The notes beneath the pieces were generated by a model that was not told the origin of the DNA, did not search any database, and was given only the letters and a program-made list of their open reading frames with translations. A program made the position numbers and the translations under genes. 64,000 nucleotides of DNA from Blastocatellia bacterium (lineage in GTDB: Bacteria; Acidobacteriota; Blastocatellia; UBA7656), in the NCBI GenBank assembly GCA_963765495.1, contig CAVXWP010000004.1:128001-192000 (forward strand), written 5' to 3'. Shown one piece after another: positions 59,533-64,000 of the stretch. Within the stretch, counting starts at the first letter, position 1. Each line of letters starts with the position of its first letter.

Positions 59533-60627
59533 ATGAAGAATCTCTTCCGTAATCTCTTTTTGTTTTCAATCGTAGCGGGACTCGCGTCTCTTGCGCACGC
59601 GCAGGATGGGCCAACGAGGGCTGAATTCGAATGTCTGTCGATGGCCAATTCGTCGAAGCTGGCCGTGCCTGGAGAACCGGGCCGCTCCGCATCATTTCAT
59701 CACGTCTGGTTGCCCGAGCTAAAGCAGGGCACTTTCGAGTCGAACGGGCTGAACCTGCTTTATGACATGGAAGGCACGGGCAGCGAGGTCGTCATCGTAG
59801 TGCATGGCGGGCCGGGTCTGCCGCACGAATATTTTCATCCGGCGCTTTCGTCTCTGGGGCCGTATGTGACGCTGGTTTATTTCGACCGCCGGGCCGATAT
59901 GCTCAGCACTCGCTCTTTGCACGAGCCGGTCTCTCTTGATGAGATGGCCGACGACATAGACGCCTTGCGGCAGAAGCTTGGATTGAGCCGGGTCACGCTG
60001 CTCGGACACAGCTTCGGAGGCGCGATTGCGCTTACCTATGCATTGAAGCATCCCGAAAATGTCAAACGGCTCATCCTCGTAGGCACGTCTGCCGTACTGG
60101 AAAATCCTGCTGATATTGAGAAGCGAATGATGAAATCGCTCTCGCCCGACGAGATGGCAGCCTTCAGTTCGAACGAGGGGCGGACGGGCGCAGGGTCTCC
60201 GTGCGATAGGGTGCGCAATCGCTATCGCGCGCTCTTTCCGCATTATTTTCTTCACAAGCCTGATGCGGTCACGCTTGATCGCGGAACCTACATGGCATAC
60301 TTCGACATGCTGGCAAGGAAGCAGATGGCCGCAGACGACAAAGACAGATTCGATGTTCGCGCCCAGCTGGGCCAGATCGATGTGCCGGTGCTGATCCTGG
60401 AGGGTCGCTACGATCAGGTAACACCGCTCGGATATTCGTCTGAAATGGCAAAGGAGTTGCCGCAATCCAGACTCGTTGTGATGGAGCATAGCGGGCACTT
60501 CCCTTTCACCGAAGAGAATTACCTCTTCACCGAATGGGTGCGTATGTTTATCAACGGGACGAAAGACAGATACGATGACAGGGCAAGCACGCAGCCGATC
60601 ATAACTCAGACCGACGGCTCGAACTAG
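59533..60627 (+). CDS. Exported alpha/beta hydrolase (proline iminopeptidase-like)
   Basis: Signal peptide; HGGPG, GHSFGG, G..D, SGH. Confidence 0.9.
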   Translation: MKNLFRNLFLFSIVAGLASLAHAQDGPTRAEFECLSMANSSKLAVPGEPGRSASFHHVWLPELKQGTFESNGLNLLYDMEGTGSEVVIVVHGGPGLPHEYFHPALSSLGPYVTLVYFDRRADMLSTRSLHEPVSLDEMADDIDALRQKLGLSRVTLLGHSFGGAIALTYALKHPENVKRLILVGTSAVLENPADIEKRMMKSLSPDEMAAFSSNEGRTGAGSPCDRVRNRYRALFPHYFLHKPDAVTLDRGTYMAYFDMLARKQMAADDKDRFDVRAQLGQIDVPVLILEGRYDQVTPLGYSSEMAKELPQSRLVVMEHSGHFPFTEENYLFTEWVRMFINGTKDRYDDRASTQPIITQTDGSN

Positions 60628-60650
60628 AATTTCTATCGGTTAAAAACATG

Positions 60651-60695
60651 ATGGACAGGATATGGTGAATCGAAGAAAATATCCTGTCCATTTTA
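60651..60695 (+). terminator. Hairpin / probable terminator
   Basis: ATGGACAGGATAT/ATATCCTGTCCAT followed by a T-rich tract. Confidence 0.55.
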
Positions 60696-60720
60696 TTTAT
60701 TTCCGATTCGGGTTTTGCCA

Positions 60721-61059
60721 ATGAGCGATGAGCTTATAGTCTTTGTGACGGTCCCAAACGACGAAGAAGCCCGGCGCGTAAGCGAAACGGTAGTCTCTGA
60801 ACATCTGGCCGCCTGCGTCAACATACTTCCCGCAATCGAATCAATCTACTGGTGGGAAGACAAAGTAACACGCGACCGCGAGCTTCTGCTTATAATCAAA
60901 ACAACCGGCGACCGTTACGCTGAACTTGAGCGCCGAATCAAGGAGCTTCACAGCTACACCACGCCCGAAGTGATTGCATTCAAGATAGAGCGGGGTTCGG
61001 AGGCTTATCTGAAATGGCTCAGGGAGGCTATCGCACGGGGTGAGGCGAAAGACAATTAG
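60721..61059 (+). CDS. cutA: Divalent cation tolerance protein CutA
   Basis: LAACVN, S.YWW, IKT, HSY..PE.I. Confidence 0.95.
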   Translation: MSDELIVFVTVPNDEEARRVSETVVSEHLAACVNILPAIESIYWWEDKVTRDRELLLIIKTTGDRYAELERRIKELHSYTTPEVIAFKIERGSEAYLKWLREAIARGEAKDN

Positions 61060-61086
61060 CTTTCACGGTGTCTTATTGCAAAGGGG

Positions 61087-61123
61087 AATAGGCCGCGTAT
61101 GACACGGATGCGGCCTATTTTTT
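61087..61123. terminator. Terminator between convergent cutA and purH
   Basis: AATAGGCCGC/GCGGCCTATT stem with a T tract. Confidence 0.65.
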
Positions 61124-61141
61124 CCCGCCTCATTTTGATTT

Positions 61142-62731
61142 TCAATGCTTGAAATGGCGCATACCTGTAAACACCATAGCAATGTTATGCTCATTGGCCG
61201 CTGTTATTACTTCTTCATCGCGCACGGAACCGCCGGGCTGGATTACTGCGGTGACGCCCGAACGCGCCGCCTCGTCAATCCCATCGCGGAACGGAAAAAA
61301 TGCATCTGAGGCGAGCACGGTTCCTTCGAGCGGCAACTGCGCTTTCATCGCTCCTATCTTAGCCGAATCAACCCGGCTCATCTGCCCCGCGCCTACGCCA
61401 ACCAGTTGCCCTTCGCGAGCATAGACTATGGCGTTTGACTTGACGTGTTTTGCGATAATCCACGCAAACAGCAAGGCTCGCATCTCTTCATTCGTAGGGT
61501 CTCTATGCGTCACGACCCTGAGGTCGCCTTCGTCCAGAGTTCCACGGTCGCGGTCCTGAACCAGCAAACCGCCGCTGATCATGCGAAGGTCGTAAGGCGC
61601 TTCGCCGCCCGCTCCTTCGCCCATTCGCATCACCCGCAGGTTCTTTTTAGCAGCGAGCGCCTGAATCGCCCCCGGTTCATAATCGGGCGCGATGATCGCC
61701 TCAAAAAAAGTCTCGGCAATAGCGCGGGCCGCATCTGCTGTGACAACGCGGTTGAAGCCTATGATGCCGCCAAATGCCGAAACCGGGTCCGTAGCCCTGG
61801 CTTTCTCGAAGACCTCGCGCGCGTCCTCGCCCGTAGCGGCTCCGCACGGATTCGTGTGCTTTATTATTACCGTGGCGAGGTCACCAAATTCCGACACGAG
61901 CGCCCACGCGGCATCAAGGTCAATCAGATTATTGTAAGAGAGCTCCTTGCCCTGAAGTTGTTCGGCGCAGGCCACTCCGCCTTCCGAGTCATATGGAACA
62001 TAGAGCGCCGCCCGCTGATGCGGGTTTTCGCCGTATCGCAGATTTTCGCGCTTCTTGGCAAAGAGCGTGAATCTGGCGGGCAGGTTTTCGGTCTTCTCTA
62101 CTCGCAGGGCTTCCGATTCAGCGTCCATGACGACCGCGCCCACCAGGAATTCCGAAATCGCGGCATCATATTGCGAGGTCGCTTCAAAGGCATGTCGGGC
62201 AAGCCGCAGCCGAGTCAGGCGAGACACAGCGCCGTCGCCTGCGTCCATCTCGTCGGCTATGACCGGATAATCGCCAGGCGAGACTACAACGGCGACATCC
62301 TCGAAATTTTTGGCCGCCGACCGAATCATCGAAGGGCCGCCGATATCTATGTTCTCTATGGCCTCTTCCACCCTAACATCGGCGCGGGCAACGGTCTCGC
62401 GGAACGGGTAGAGGTTCACAACTACCATGTCGATGTATTCGATATGGTTCTCTTCCACCTGCAAGCGGTGGGTTTCATCATCGCGAACGGCCAGTATTCC
62501 GCCATGAACTTTCGGGTGCAGAGTCTTGACTCTCCCGCCGAGTATTTCGGGGAACCCGGTCAAATCCGACACATCGCGGACCTCAAGCCCTGCCTCCCTT
62601 AACATCCGAGCGGTCCCTCCCGTCGAAACGAGTTCTACCGAGTGGCCGCTCAACCGCCGGGCAAATTCTACCAATCCGGCTTTATCCGATACGCTTATCA
62701 GCGCGCGTTTGATCTTCTTCAAAATTGACAC
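61142..62731 (-). CDS. purH: Bifunctional AICAR transformylase/IMP cyclohydrolase
   Basis: [49 protein letters not shown]. Confidence 0.98.
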   Translation of the reverse strand: MSILKKIKRALISVSDKAGLVEFARRLSGHSVELVSTGGTARMLREAGLEVRDVSDLTGFPEILGGRVKTLHPKVHGGILAVRDDETHRLQVEENHIEYIDMVVVNLYPFRETVARADVRVEEAIENIDIGGPSMIRSAAKNFEDVAVVVSPGDYPVIADEMDAGDGAVSRLTRLRLARHAFEATSQYDAAISEFLVGAVVMDAESEALRVEKTENLPARFTLFAKKRENLRYGENPHQRAALYVPYDSEGGVACAEQLQGKELSYNNLIDLDAAWALVSEFGDLATVIIKHTNPCGAATGEDAREVFEKARATDPVSAFGGIIGFNRVVTADAARAIAETFFEAIIAPDYEPGAIQALAAKKNLRVMRMGEGAGGEAPYDLRMISGGLLVQDRDRGTLDEGDLRVVTHRDPTNEEMRALLFAWIIAKHVKSNAIVYAREGQLVGVGAGQMSRVDSAKIGAMKAQLPLEGTVLASDAFFPFRDGIDEAARSGVTAVIQPGGSVRDEEVITAANEHNIAMVFTGMRHFKH

Positions 62732-62985
62732 CTCTCAAGCTGGAAAAAGAAAAAGACAGGCAATTCACTTGTTGAGACAATTGAAGCGCCCGCCACGATT
62801 TCCTACTATTATGGATATATGTCCTGTCACCTTCGATCAGAAACTAAAGATTCAAAAATTGCTCGAAACGAACTGTACAATATCACAGTTGCGGCGAGGA
62901 TCAAATTCGTTTCAGAGCAGGCGAGTTGCCCTGCTCTTAGCGCGCAGCTATACTTTTCGGCTTTCAGGACCAGGGGAGGGAAATA

Positions 62986-64000
62986 ATGAATGTCACGCAC
63001 CTCTATTGCTCGGCGTGCGGCAAAGAGCGCGAAGCCGGGCATCTTTACAACCTGTGCGACTGCGGCAAGCCGTTGATGGTTGCCTACGACCTGACACGTG
63101 CGCGGGCGACCATGACAAAAGAGGGGCTCGCCTCGCGCAGACCCGATTTATGGCGCTACAGCGAGGTGTTGCCTGTCACCGACACGAGCAATCAATTATC
63201 GCTTGGCGAAGGGATGACCCCGCTCATCCGGGCCACGCGGTTGGGCGAAAAGCTCGGCATGCCGCACCTCTACATAAAGGACGAATCGCTCAATCCTACG
63301 GGCTCGTTTAAGGCGCGCGGCATGGCCGTAGCCGTTTCGATGGCCAGAGAACTGGGTGCGCGCAAACTGGCGGTGCCCTCGGCGGGAAACGCGGCTGGGG
63401 CGCTCGCTGCCTACGCCGCAAAGGCCGGTCTCGAAGCCTTTATCTTCATGCCCGAAGACACGCCCCTCGCCAACATAATAGAGTGCAGACAGACAGGGGC
63501 AAATGTGGAACTGGTCGATGGATTGATTACCGATTGCGGGCGGATTGTAGCCGAGCGAAAGGAGAGCGAAGGCTGGTTTGACGTGTCTACTCTGAAGGAG
63601 CCTTACCGGATCGAAGGGAAAAAGACTATGGGTTATGAAGTGGCCGAACAACTCAACTGGGAATTGCCCGATGCGATACTTTATCCGACAGGAGGAGGGA
63701 CCGGGTTGATAGGCATGTGGAAAGCCTTCGACGAGATGGAACGCCTCGGGTGGATAGGAAGCAAACGGCCTCGGATGATAACGGTGCAGGCCGAAGGCTG
63801 CGCGCCAATAGTTCGGGCATTCGCTTCGGGGGCGAGTGTGGGCGCTGAGATTGAAAACGCGCAGACTATCGCGTCAGGGTTGAGGGTTCCGCGCGCAATA
63901 GGCGATTTCCTGATGCTTGATATACTCAGAAAGAGCCGGGGGACTGCCGTCGCGGTCAGCGACGCGGAATTGCTTGCGGCTGTAAAAGAAGTCGGGTCGG
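62986..64000 (+). CDS. thrC: Threonine synthase, runs off the right edge
   Basis: Absent from the ORF track; read from ATG 62986: MNVTHLYCSACG..., LGEG.TPL, KDE..NPTGSFKARG (PLP lysine), SAGNA, EGKKT, YPTGGG. Confidence 0.92.
   Translation, partial: MNVTHLYCSACGKEREAGHLYNLCDCGKPLMVAYDLTRARATMTKEGLASRRPDLWRYSEVLPVTDTSNQLSLGEGMTPLIRATRLGEKLGMPHLYIKDESLNPTGSFKARGMAVAVSMARELGARKLAVPSAGNAAGALAAYAAKAGLEAFIFMPEDTPLANIIECRQTGANVELVDGLITDCGRIVAERKESEGWFDVSTLKEPYRIEGKKTMGYEVAEQLNWELPDAILYPTGGGTGLIGMWKAFDEMERLGWIGSKRPRMITVQAEGCAPIVRAFASGASVGAEIENAQTIASGLRVPRAIGDFLMLDILRKSRGTAVAVSDAELLAAVKEVGS

Noticed and set aside
61445-62602. 385-aa plus-strand ORF, and similar long ORFs at 21638-22387, 36222-37244, 3269-4162 and 59719-60498
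   Set aside because: Antisense shadows of well-supported genes in GC-rich DNA, with no recognisable motifs
62732-62985. ZMP/ZTP riboswitch upstream of purH
   Set aside because: The conserved pfl motif elements were not found by eye

Overview
The window has two parts. (1) Positions ~1-21400, all on the minus strand, hold a phage-tail-derived contractile injection system (eCIS/PLTS type). No capsid, terminase, integrase or T6SS membrane-complex gene is visible in the window. Gene order: SARP/BTAD activator, Afp15/Pvc15-like AAA+ ATPase, a 1219-aa DUF4157 protein ending in an HNH nuclease, a DUF4265 immunity candidate, Pvc16-like cap, sheath, tube, tail chaperone with a probable -1 frameshift extension, hypothetical protein, LysM tube initiator, split hub and spike, PAAR, gp25, and two baseplate-J-like genes, the last running off the left edge. 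(2) Positions ~21800-64000 are chromosomal backbone: rlmB, MFS transporter, VIT-vWA, S1/P1 nuclease, prkA-yhbH-spoVR, truB, a cheAWRB cluster without receptor or CheY, nusB, ribH, meaB, mce, mtnP, dapF, cutA, purH and thrC. The host looks like an Acidobacteriota (Blastocatellia-like) organism; this is an impression from protein style, not a tested assignment. Most notable: an eCIS carrying an apparently antibacterial nuclease/immunity pair, a baseplate protein with a duplicated helical insertion, a Ser/Ser DapF, a Zn-ribbon protein with four HTH-like repeats, a structured prkA leader, and many intergenic palindromic elements, including a triply nested palindrome inside the eCIS operon. All family assignments come from motif recognition by eye; no database searches were run.
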